A stretch of DNA of 64,000 bases from a virus, in the IMG/VR virus record IMGVR_UViG_3300023109_000007, positions 64,001 to 128,000 of that record. One strand, given 5' to 3'. Positions 19,491 to 28,322 of the stretch are shown here, in pieces. The translations under genes were made by a program, and so were the position numbers. Position 1 is the first letter of the stretch; each line of letters opens with the position of its first letter. The notes beneath the pieces are model-generated. The model searched no databases. It had not been told where the DNA came from and saw nothing but the letters and a program-made list of their open reading frames with translations.

Positions 19491-19865
19491 GGTTGGCGGG
19501 CCAGATTAATTTACCGCTGTGGAAAAAGCTCTCGTATAGAAGCACACGTAACACGTTGAGTCGCGTCTGGTAATAAGGCGTTGGATTGACGTAGATTGAA
19601 TGTTAGCAATTGAAAAACACAACACAGTACATAAAAACCCTTTAGCACTAGGAACGAAGCGAGGGAATAGTGTTACATATAATGTACATTGTATATTATA
19701 AGCAACATAATGTCGACGTAGGTTGGGAAAGGTCAGAGCCCATTGTACTTTGTGTATAAACAATTACCTACTTCCAATGTCTTGGCTGGTGCAGACTCAC
19801 ATGAAGCGCATTTTGAGATTAGATGGGACCGTAACAGGTTCCGTCTGACTGAAACAATCTACATG
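19491..19865 (+). ncRNA. Candidate large structured ncRNA directly downstream of the GIY-YIG gene
   Basis: No credible ORF. Many helices, including long-range GTAGATTG(19591-98)/CAATCTAC(19855-62), GTAGGT(19718-23)/ACCTAC(19766-71), and 10-bp stems at 19678-19700 and 19821-19846. Confidence 0.6.
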
Positions 19866-19874
19866 AAACTTAAA

Positions 19875-19984
19875 CATTATTACATTCGTAATAATGCATT
19901 TGTATCATATTCATTACTTCTATCAACAAACGAAGTATGTAGTTTGAGCGTTAAGCGAAAACAAATATCTACGAAGTAGATATT
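19875..19984. repeat. Cluster of short inverted repeats
   Basis: CATTATTAC-ATTC-GTAATAATG (19875-96), TACTTC...GAAGTA (19915-37), AATATCTAC-GAA-GTAGATATT (19964-84). Confidence 0.7.
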
Positions 19985-19996
19985 GAAACTATATAA

Positions 19997-20004
19997 TATA
20001 AATA
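19997..20004 (+). promoter_or_regulatory. T4 late promoter TATAAATA
   Basis: Exact T4 late consensus upstream of ORF 20030, with an AAGGA SD. Confidence 0.8.
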
Positions 20005-20029
20005 CATTAACTATTAAGGATTCTTCTAG

Positions 20030-20572
20030 ATGAAAATTGATGAAATTGAAAAACTTGATGAAGTGCCTGCAGGTATGCTAGGACAAGCTGGTAAAAAGCT
20101 TGGAGCAAAAGTATTAAACAAAATACCAGGTGGTGCTGCTAAATCAAAAGCTGCTAATATGGCTGCACAAGCTGACTTGGGAGATACTGCAAATAATTTA
20201 CATAAAGAATTTAATGCTCACCTTGGGTCTAAACAACTAACAATGGCACAAGCAACTGGAGAAGAATTAGTTGCTTTTCTAAAAACAAAGAATCACAAGA
20301 CTGCTGCTAGAATACCTTCTGGTGTATTACAAAAACAGCAACTTGATGCAGTACTAATGGCAGTTGCAAAAGAAGCAACGGCAGCACAAGCTGCTGCTCC
20401 GGCTGCAAATGCACCAGTAGATGCTAACAAAGATGGTATAGATGACAATACAGGAAAGCCAATCAAAGCTGCTCCTGCGGCTGGTGCAAAACCTAAAATA
20501 CCAGCAGACATTATGGCACAACTACAAAAACTTAGTCTTGAGCAAAAACAACAGTTGGCAGAGCTACTATGA
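20030..20572 (+). CDS. Putative internal head protein
   Basis: Ala/Lys-rich, late promoter, N-terminal MKIDE...KLDE resembling gp21 cleavage sites (I/L-x-E). Confidence 0.5.
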   Translation: MKIDEIEKLDEVPAGMLGQAGKKLGAKVLNKIPGGAAKSKAANMAAQADLGDTANNLHKEFNAHLGSKQLTMAQATGEELVAFLKTKNHKTAARIPSGVLQKQQLDAVLMAVAKEATAAQAAAPAANAPVDANKDGIDDNTGKPIKAAPAAGAKPKIPADIMAQLQKLSLEQKQQLAELL

Positions 20573-22146
20573 AACTAAATGAAGTAACATTATTTGAAAA
20601 CAAATCACATCGTATACTGCAAGAAGGTTGGCAAGATCTAACTGAAGCACAAAAGTTGTATCAGTCTAGATGGGAAAGAGAACTTTGGCCATTATTAGAA
20701 CAGTATGTACAATTATGTGAAAATAAGTTAACTCCAGACGAAATACAAAAAGTATTTACAAGTGCAGAACAAGTGCAAAATGCACTAGGAAAAAATACTA
20801 ACGCTTTAGGCAAAGCAGGTAACGCAGCAAAAGCTGCTGCAAAACTACCAATTGATTTAGCTAAAAAAATTGATGCTAAAATTACCGAATTAGGCAGAGC
20901 TGCTCAAAATGCTGAAGCAGTAGTAAATGCAGATGCAAAATTTGAAAAACTAAAAGCTGATATTATGAAATCTAAGCCTGACAACAAAGTTGTTAAAGGC
21001 ATAACGGCTGTAAGCGATTGGGCAAAAGAGAATCCTGGTAAAGCAAGTATTGCTGTAGGTATCTTAACAACCATTGCTGCATTTGCAGGCGGTCCTGCAG
21101 GCGGTTTAGCAGCAGGTATGATATTAAGATCAACAAAAGAGCTATTGCAAGGTGAAAAACTTTCAACAGCAATTGGCAAATCAGTTAAAACAGCAGCCTA
21201 TGGTGCTATTGCTGGCTGGGCGTTGCAAGGAATTGGTGAATGGTTTGAAGGTTTACGTTATGATGCTGTACCTTTTGAACAATCAGAAGGGCTTGTAACA
21301 CTAGAAATTGGATTTAAAGACAATATTAGTTGGCCTGGATTTGAATCTACTCGAGAAATAGGTAGTATGGTGCTTCCAGAAAGTCAATTATCTGAATTTA
21401 CACAACTACTTGATCAAATGAAAGCAGCAACAGCAGTTGTTAATCCAACAACTGATCCTGGAGCATTAAATGCCTTTGATGAACTTTGGAAATTTACAAA
21501 AGAATTTGATACACAAGAATTTATTGCCAATATGAATCTAAATAACGAAATTGCTCAAATGGTTGCTGCTGAAAACGATGCATTCCTACAAAGCATGAAA
21601 GTTATTAATGACGGATTAGCATCAATTGCACAAGGTAGTATTACTGCAAAAGGCGAAAACACTCCAGTTAAAGTAGGTAGTGAAGAATATACTGCAAAAG
21701 ACACTGCAAAAGCTGAATCTTTAGATATGAACGACAGATTTGCTCAGTATTTGAAAGAAAGACAAGTAGACGAAGCACCATTTGGCGATATGATCAAAAA
21801 AGGTGCTAAAGCAGCCGGCGGAGCCATTGCAAAAGGTGCTAAAGCAGTAGGTGCTAAAGCAAAAGAAGTTGGAAAAGAGCTAGGAAGTATTGCTACAGCT
21901 AAAAAACTAAATGCAATGTGGGTAAAGGCAGGAAAACCAATGGATGTAGGAAGTATTGTTAACATATTGCAGCAAGGCGGTGTGCAAGACAAAACTATTT
22001 CTACAATTGCTAAACAATCTAACGTTGCATTGCCAATACCTAAGGATGCTAATGCAGTTGATCCTAAGATGCAAGCATTAGCTGACCAAATTAAACAATT
22101 AGGTGTGGCTCAAACTGTTAAAGCAATGCTAACACAGCAAGTATAA
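20569..22146 (+). CDS. Putative internal head/ejection protein
   Basis: MKLNE...LFE...LQE N-terminus, internal VDE|A, hydrophobic Gly/Ala helix pair (IAVGILTTIAAFAGGPAGGLAAG). Confidence 0.5.
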   Translation: MKLNEVTLFENKSHRILQEGWQDLTEAQKLYQSRWERELWPLLEQYVQLCENKLTPDEIQKVFTSAEQVQNALGKNTNALGKAGNAAKAAAKLPIDLAKKIDAKITELGRAAQNAEAVVNADAKFEKLKADIMKSKPDNKVVKGITAVSDWAKENPGKASIAVGILTTIAAFAGGPAGGLAAGMILRSTKELLQGEKLSTAIGKSVKTAAYGAIAGWALQGIGEWFEGLRYDAVPFEQSEGLVTLEIGFKDNISWPGFESTREIGSMVLPESQLSEFTQLLDQMKAATAVVNPTTDPGALNAFDELWKFTKEFDTQEFIANMNLNNEIAQMVAAENDAFLQSMKVINDGLASIAQGSITAKGENTPVKVGSEEYTAKDTAKAESLDMNDRFAQYLKERQVDEAPFGDMIKKGAKAAGGAIAKGAKAVGAKAKEVGKELGSIATAKKLNAMWVKAGKPMDVGSIVNILQQGGVQDKTISTIAKQSNVALPIPKDANAVDPKMQALADQIKQLGVAQTVKAMLTQQV

Positions 22147-22359
22147 TTAAAAATAAGGTAAACCAGACTTTTTAGTAACTTCTATGTTCTCTTTTACTAT
22201 AGAAGCAATAATTTCTCTGTCTTCATAACACAAACCAAACACTTCGTCAGTTGTAACTCCGCCACGCATTGCCCAAGCCATTTTAAATAGTTCTGATTTG
22301 AGGGCTTTTTGTTCATTTTCTAACGTTTTGGCTTCTTCTAGGATCTCGTCAAGCCCCAT
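22147..22359 (-). CDS. Small tail-assembly-chaperone-like ORF (possible -1 frameshift extension)
   Basis: 70 aa; lies in the -1 frame of the upstream ORF, just after a slippery sequence. Confidence 0.6.
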   Translation of the reverse strand: MGLDEILEEAKTLENEQKALKSELFKMAWAMRGGVTTDEVFGLCYEDREIIASIVKENIEVTKKSGLPYF

Positions 22360-22370
22360 TGACAGGATCC

Positions 22371-23234
22371 TTATGCGAAAAAATTTGATTGATCGAATGT
22401 TATAGGTATTTCAAAAGTTTCAGGTGCACCTTCTTCAATTTCTTCTAAAGTACTTTCAACTTTCATTGGTTCAATATTAAATTTTACTTTTTGTGTTTCC
22501 AAATGATCTAAAATATCATTAAAGAACTCTTTATCTGCATTGTCAATAAATTCTTGTATATGTAAGGGGTTATCTACAACTTGATCTTCAACTTCAATAC
22601 TCTTAATACTTGTTGCTAACATGTTTACAGTCATTTGTGTGAGTTTTGCAAATGCTACATTAAACTTTTCAATCTTATCTTCATCTGGTATGTCATCATC
22701 ATTAACAATTCTAAAGATTCTTTGCTCTTCAAACGTTTTCATAGCATTACGTGTGAATTCTTTATAAGTTAACGGTGCTAAATTTACTACCATATCGCCA
22801 ACTTGAATACGATCATCAAAATGAGTGTTGGTTATCTTATTCAACATCTGTCTAAGATCCATATTATAATCACGTTCGCTTGTTGTATTAGGCGTAGTGT
22901 ACGAAATCTGCATATGTTCACCGTATGTAGCAATACGTATAGCAATTAATATAGCATCTAAGTCTACACTAGGCATTCCCCAAGCGTTTTTTATATTTGG
23001 AATACAACTTTGTATTACATCAACTGTACTTTGTCCGTTTAATAACGCATCTGGTGTTTTCATAGCTAATTCATCTTTAGCTGTCATAGCAAATACTGGC
23101 AATTCTCCAGTTTCGGTCATTTCAATTGCACCGTCTGGGTAGTATTTTCCTCTACTTGGTAAATCTAAATAAACTTTAGGCTGTCGATAGAACTTCTTTA
23201 AAGGGTTTGCACCGGGTGCAGTAATTTCTGGCAT
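22371..23234 (-). CDS. Baseplate hub assembly/tail chaperone (gp26-like)
   Basis: NPLKKFYRQPKVYLDLPSRG, MTAKDEL, DLDAILIAIRIATYG and C-terminal FDQSNFF resemble gp26-family proteins. Confidence 0.65.
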   Translation of the reverse strand: MPEITAPGANPLKKFYRQPKVYLDLPSRGKYYPDGAIEMTETGELPVFAMTAKDELAMKTPDALLNGQSTVDVIQSCIPNIKNAWGMPSVDLDAILIAIRIATYGEHMQISYTTPNTTSERDYNMDLRQMLNKITNTHFDDRIQVGDMVVNLAPLTYKEFTRNAMKTFEEQRIFRIVNDDDIPDEDKIEKFNVAFAKLTQMTVNMLATSIKSIEVEDQVVDNPLHIQEFIDNADKEFFNDILDHLETQKVKFNIEPMKVESTLEEIEEGAPETFEIPITFDQSNFFA

Positions 23235-23245
23235 GAGCGTCTCCG

Positions 23246-23285
23246 TATAAATACATTATATAAATATGTATCGTTATTATTTATG
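23246..23285. promoter_or_regulatory. Overlapping, oppositely oriented late promoters
   Basis: TATAAATA at 23246-53 and 23259-66 (+), CATAAATA at 23285-23278 (-), between the gp26-like and tape-measure genes. Confidence 0.75.
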
Positions 23286-23311
23286 TGCGCACTTAACTGG
23301 ACTTTTGATAA

Positions 23312-26300
23312 TTGGCTGAACAAACTGTAGAAATTGAAAACGTAGGCGGGGTTGGCGTTGCAAGCGAAGTTACTCTTGAAAGAGTAGCCAAAGCTGTGGA
23401 GAAAATGTCTGGAATCAAGAGCAAAGGCCAGGCAGTTGAAAACAAACTACGTGAATTACATAACAAAGCACAACAAAGTGGTGTTAAAGTTGTTAAAGAT
23501 AGCACAAAGGCATTAGATAAAAATACAGAAGCAGTTGATTCTTCAACAACTGCATTTAATTCTGCTGCTAAGGGTGCATTAGGGCTTGCAGCTAAAGGTT
23601 TTGGTACATTATTAGGTAGTGCAATAGGATTATCTAAAGAACTTTTAAACGGCGGCAACCGAGTAACAGATTTTGCTCAACATATTCCTTTAGTAGGCAG
23701 TCATTTAGCAATACTTACAGGATTTATGGATAATACTGTAAATCAATTTAGAAGTTTAACTGCTGTAGGTGTTGATTTCGGCGGAAGTTTGTTTGAAGTA
23801 CAAAATATGGCTGCAAAAAGCGGACTAAGTCTTGACACATTTTCTTCTGTAATTCGAAATAATAGTCAAGACTTAGCATTATTGGGTGGTAACGCAAGAT
23901 TAGGTGCAATAAGATTTACAGAGATTAGCAGACAACTACAAAGCAAATTTGGACCACAGTTTAGTGCATTAGGTATGACAATGGAAGAAACAGCAGAGTA
24001 TACTGCTGACTATATCAAATTACAAACTAGACTCGGCCGAAGTCAGCAAATGAGTGATACTCAACTAGCTCAAGGTACAGCGTCATATACGATGCAATTA
24101 GATAGACTTGCTAAACTTACAGGTAAACAACGAGATGAAATTGCTGCTAGTTTAGAAAAAGAAAGTCTAGATGCACGTATGCAAGCAGTAATGTCTACAA
24201 TGAGCGACACTGCTCAAAAAAATCTTCTAGGTGTAACAACCATACTTGAAGCAGCAAGTCCTAAAACTGCAGAAGCTATTAGAGAGATGGTTGCAACTAA
24301 CGGAGTTCCTATAAGTGATTTTGCTAAGGACTTAATGCGTACAACTCCCGAGTTGCGAGCGCTGACAATCGGACTTAGAAATGAGACCGTTACACAAGAA
24401 GAATTTATAGAAGGTATGAACGCAGCTATTGAGTCTAGTCACAATCTTTCAGACGAACTGATATTAAGCTATGGAACACAAGCTGCCTTAGGTAGTTCAG
24501 TTGGTAGTGCAGCACTTGAATTAAGAACTCTAGGTAAACTTGCAACAGAGTCAGCAGATGCAACAGAAGCCCAAAAAGAAGCAGCAGATAGAAACGCTGC
24601 AGGACTTCTTGATTTCGAAAGACGAATTACAGAAGTAAGAAATAAAATTAAAGTTGCATTAATAGATAGCGGAATATTTGGATTGCTAGAGACAAGTATA
24701 GACAAAGTTATAAGTTACTTTACAAGTGAAGAAGGCATGAAAGCTGTAGAAGATACAATTAAATCAATGGCAGCAGGTATAAAAGAATTTGTAGACTTAG
24801 TTCAAGACAAAGGATTGTTTGGAGCAATAGGCGAAAAAATGGGAGATGCATTAAAGGCAGCTCTTACTAGTCCAGCAGTACTTACAGCAGTAGGCGGAGC
24901 ATTTGCATTACTATTAGGCGGCGCAGCAATTAAAAGTGCAGTTACTGGAGCAATAGGCGGATTGTTCAGTGGCGGCGGTGGCGGCGGTGGCGGCGGTGGC
25001 AAAGGTCGAGGCCGAGGTGGCGGCGTTGGTAAAGGTGCAGGCGCAGCAGTTGGAAACTTTGTTGGATCAATGGGCGCCGGTGTAATGAAAGGTGCTGCTA
25101 CAGGACTAGCAGCATTTGCTAATCCACAAATATTGGTTGGTGCTGGTATACTTGGCGGTGCAATTACTGCTGTTGGTGCAGGTATAGCAGGTGCAGCATG
25201 GTTGTTAGGTAAATCATTACCTACGTTTGTTGATGGATTAAAATCATTTGAAGAAATAGACGGTACAGCATTATCAACAGCAGCGACTGGTATGCTAGAC
25301 CTAAGTCTTGGAATGGCAGCGTTTGGTGCTGGAACAGCAGTAGCCGGACTTGGAACAATGGTAGGCGGTATTACTGAAGGCATAGGAAAACTATTTGGTG
25401 CTGATGATCCGTTAACTAAACTAAAAACATTTAGTGACACAAAAATAGATGCAGCACAAGTAAAGTCTAATGCAGAAGCAATGAAAGACTTTAGTGATGC
25501 AATGGGTGCAGCAGCAAGCGCACCAGGTGAGTCAATAACAAAAGCAATAGGTAGTTCAATTGCAGGATTCTTTGGAGCTGAAGGCGGTATACCTTATGAC
25601 CAAATAAAAGAATTTGAAAAACATAGCTTTGACGCAGCAAAAATAAAATTAAATTCAGAAGCACTAGTTGCGTTTACAGATGCTTTAGCAACTTCTAAAA
25701 AAGGAGAAGCTGTTGCAGGCGCAAGCGCAGCAGTTGGAGCAATTGGTAATGCAATTGCAGGATTCTTTGGCGGCGAAAGTGGTATACCGTATGATAAAAT
25801 AGCAGAATTTGAAACACATACTTTTGATACAGTAAAAATAAAGGCAAATGCCGAAGCAATGGTAGCATTCAACGAAGCTCTAACTTCTAGTGCAAGTGCA
25901 AGCCAAGAAAGCGGCATAAAGAGTGCTGTAGGAGCAATTGGTAGTGCTATTTCAAGTTTCTTTGGCGGATCAACGCCATTTGAAAAAGTAAAAGAATTTG
26001 GTGACTTAGCAATAAACGCTACTGGCGTACAAGCAAATGCTGAAGCAATGGGATCTTTTGCTACAGCAATGACAGCATTTTCTGGTTCTGGTATTGAAAA
26101 TGTTTCTATTCCTAAAGCACTAGTTGATCGAATGGAAGATATGGCAGCAATTACAGGAACTGGATTCAAAACTACAGCAGACGGCTTAACAGCATTAACC
26201 GCAGTACCTGGACTAGCAGCTACAATAACATCACTTAATTCACTTGACGCAACTGACGTTCTAACGTATAATGAAGCTATGAAAGATTTAGTTGAAGTAT

Positions 26301-26545
26301 TAAGAGAATTAAATACCGAACTTGCTAAAGATAATAAAGTTGGTTTTGGTACTGGAACTAATGCAGGAGATGTTGTTAGTAAATTAGATTCAATCGGCGG
26401 ATCCAGCTCAGGAAGCAATCAAGCACTAAATCAGTTAAATAGTACTATGCAGCAAGTATTAACTGTATTAGAAGAAACATACGTATTAGAAGAAAAACAA
26501 AATACAAATATCAAAGGACTAAACGGAAATTTAATCCGAGGTTAA
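23312..26545 (+). CDS. Tail tape-measure-like protein
   Basis: 1077 aa, helical and Ala/Gly-rich, with hydrophobic segments, a poly-Gly linker and three AIGxxIxxFFG repeats; adjacent to the chaperone pair; TTG start. Confidence 0.7.
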   Translation: MAEQTVEIENVGGVGVASEVTLERVAKAVEKMSGIKSKGQAVENKLRELHNKAQQSGVKVVKDSTKALDKNTEAVDSSTTAFNSAAKGALGLAAKGFGTLLGSAIGLSKELLNGGNRVTDFAQHIPLVGSHLAILTGFMDNTVNQFRSLTAVGVDFGGSLFEVQNMAAKSGLSLDTFSSVIRNNSQDLALLGGNARLGAIRFTEISRQLQSKFGPQFSALGMTMEETAEYTADYIKLQTRLGRSQQMSDTQLAQGTASYTMQLDRLAKLTGKQRDEIAASLEKESLDARMQAVMSTMSDTAQKNLLGVTTILEAASPKTAEAIREMVATNGVPISDFAKDLMRTTPELRALTIGLRNETVTQEEFIEGMNAAIESSHNLSDELILSYGTQAALGSSVGSAALELRTLGKLATESADATEAQKEAADRNAAGLLDFERRITEVRNKIKVALIDSGIFGLLETSIDKVISYFTSEEGMKAVEDTIKSMAAGIKEFVDLVQDKGLFGAIGEKMGDALKAALTSPAVLTAVGGAFALLLGGAAIKSAVTGAIGGLFSGGGGGGGGGGKGRGRGGGVGKGAGAAVGNFVGSMGAGVMKGAATGLAAFANPQILVGAGILGGAITAVGAGIAGAAWLLGKSLPTFVDGLKSFEEIDGTALSTAATGMLDLSLGMAAFGAGTAVAGLGTMVGGITEGIGKLFGADDPLTKLKTFSDTKIDAAQVKSNAEAMKDFSDAMGAAASAPGESITKAIGSSIAGFFGAEGGIPYDQIKEFEKHSFDAAKIKLNSEALVAFTDALATSKKGEAVAGASAAVGAIGNAIAGFFGGESGIPYDKIAEFETHTFDTVKIKANAEAMVAFNEALTSSASASQESGIKSAVGAIGSAISSFFGGSTPFEKVKEFGDLAINATGVQANAEAMGSFATAMTAFSGSGIENVSIPKALVDRMEDMAAITGTGFKTTADGLTALTAVPGLAATITSLNSLDATDVLTYNEAMKDLVEVLRELNTELAKDNKVGFGTGTNAGDVVSKLDSIGGSSSGSNQALNQLNSTMQQVLTVLEETYVLEEKQNTNIKGLNGNLIRG

Positions 26546-26556
26546 TGGAGTCATAA

Positions 26557-28314
26557 ATGAGTTGGAAAAAACATTTTACACCTGTCGCAACTGGTGACAA
26601 TATGGGAGGAAGTTATAGCCCTCTCGGGGGTGCGTCCAACGGAAGCAATCCAGGTCCTGCACGTACTAACTATTCAAGTTACTTGCCAGATGTATATGTA
26701 GGAACTCCAAACAGAGTTGAGCGTTATGGTCAGTACAACACAATGGATCAAGATTCAGAAGTTAATGCTGCACTTGATATACTTGCTGAATTTTGTACTC
26801 AAGAAAATAAACAAAATAGAACTCCGTTTATAATGGACTTCAAACAACAAGCTACTAATTCAGAAGTTACTATTATACAACAGTACTTGCTTCAATGGTG
26901 CAAGCTACAAAACTTTGATACTAAGATGTTCCGTACAATGAGAAATATTTTTAAGTATGGAGATGCATTTTTTATTAGAGACCCAGAAACCAAACGCTGG
27001 TTCTATGTTGATCCTGCTAACGTAACAAAAATTATTGTGAATGAATCAGAAGGCAAAGAACCTGAACAGTATGTTATTAAGAACTTTAATTTAAATTTTA
27101 AAGATGCAGTAGCAACAACTCCACACACCACAGGCGGAAACATAAGTGGCGGCGGCGCAGGTTCTTATCACCCGCAAGGCAATGCTAGAGGAATGGTAGG
27201 TCAACCGCAATCAAGTTTTACTGCAAGTAGATTTACAGAAGAAGACGGCGAAATAACTGTTGATGCAAAACATATGGTTCATCTAAGTTTGTCAGAAGGG
27301 TTAGATCAAAACTTTCCTTTTGGTAACAGTTTACTTGAAACTATTTTTAAAGTTTACAAACAAAAAGAATTACTTGAAGATGCAATTATTATCTATCGAG
27401 TACAACGTGCGCCAGAGCGCAGAGTATTCTACGTTGATGTGGGCAACATGCCTTCACACCTTGCTATGCAATTTGTTGAGCGTGTTAAAACGGAAATACA
27501 TCAAAGACGTATCCCATCGGCGACAGGAGGCGGCACTAACGTCATAGACAGTTCTTATAATCCTCTGTCAATTAACGAAGATTACTTTTTCCCACAAACT
27601 GCTGAAGGACGTGGATCTAAAGTTGAAACACTACCAGGCGGTACTAACTTAGGAGAGATTGATGACCTTAGATATTTTACTAATAAGCTCGTACGCGGTT
27701 TACGAATCCCTAGTTCATACCTACCTACCGGCGCTGACGATTCATCTGCGCAGTACAATGATGGACGAGTCGGCACTGCATACATACAAGAATTAAGATT
27801 TAATACTTACTGTGAGCGTTTACAAAATCTTGTATCTGAAGATTTTGATTTAGAATTTAAGCGTTACATATTGGAAAAGGGTGTAAACATTGACACAGCA
27901 ATGTTTGATCTAAGATTCCAACCACCACAAAACTTTGCAGCATATAGACAAAGTGAAATTGATAATGCACGTATTCCTACATTTACACAAATGAGTGCAA
28001 TACCTTACGTTTCAAATAGATTTGCAATGAAACGTTTCTTAGGAATGTCAGACGAGGAGTTAGCAGAAAACGAACGCTTGTGGCGAGAAGAAAATGATGA
28101 AGCAATTGACCAGCCACCTACTGATGCAGGAACTGAACTAAGAAGTGCAGGAATTACAGGAGCAGGTATGGAAGCAGACTTAGGTGCAGCAGAAGATGAA
28201 TTAGACACTGGCGAAGCACCGATTGATGGCGGTGCTGGCGCAGGACCAGAAACTGTTACAGCTGATCCAATTGGTGGAACAGGCAATGACGCAACAACTG
28301 ACCAAACTGTATAA
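26557..28314 (+). CDS. gp20: Portal protein
   Basis: LLEDAIIIYRVQRAPERRVFYVDVGNMP, EDYFFPQTAEGRGSKVETLPGG and LRIPSSYL motifs. Confidence 0.95.
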   Translation: MSWKKHFTPVATGDNMGGSYSPLGGASNGSNPGPARTNYSSYLPDVYVGTPNRVERYGQYNTMDQDSEVNAALDILAEFCTQENKQNRTPFIMDFKQQATNSEVTIIQQYLLQWCKLQNFDTKMFRTMRNIFKYGDAFFIRDPETKRWFYVDPANVTKIIVNESEGKEPEQYVIKNFNLNFKDAVATTPHTTGGNISGGGAGSYHPQGNARGMVGQPQSSFTASRFTEEDGEITVDAKHMVHLSLSEGLDQNFPFGNSLLETIFKVYKQKELLEDAIIIYRVQRAPERRVFYVDVGNMPSHLAMQFVERVKTEIHQRRIPSATGGGTNVIDSSYNPLSINEDYFFPQTAEGRGSKVETLPGGTNLGEIDDLRYFTNKLVRGLRIPSSYLPTGADDSSAQYNDGRVGTAYIQELRFNTYCERLQNLVSEDFDLEFKRYILEKGVNIDTAMFDLRFQPPQNFAAYRQSEIDNARIPTFTQMSAIPYVSNRFAMKRFLGMSDEELAENERLWREENDEAIDQPPTDAGTELRSAGITGAGMEADLGAAEDELDTGEAPIDGGAGAGPETVTADPIGGTGNDATTDQTV

Positions 28315-28317
28315 ATA
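28310..28317 (+). promoter_or_regulatory. T4 late promoter TATAAATA overlapping the portal stop codon
   Basis: Exact consensus, 5 nt before ATG 28323. Confidence 0.75.
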
Positions 28318-28322
28318 CTAAC

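Noticed and set aside
19041-19865. Group I intron carrying a GIY-YIG homing endonuclease
   Set aside because: No interrupted flanking gene, and the CAGACT near 19792 has no downstream AGTC partner to form P7. No group II domain V was seen either.
19506-19979. ORFs 19506-19763 (-) and 19743-19979 (+)
   Set aside because: Non-ATG or weak starts and atypical composition; the region is better explained by RNA/DNA structure.
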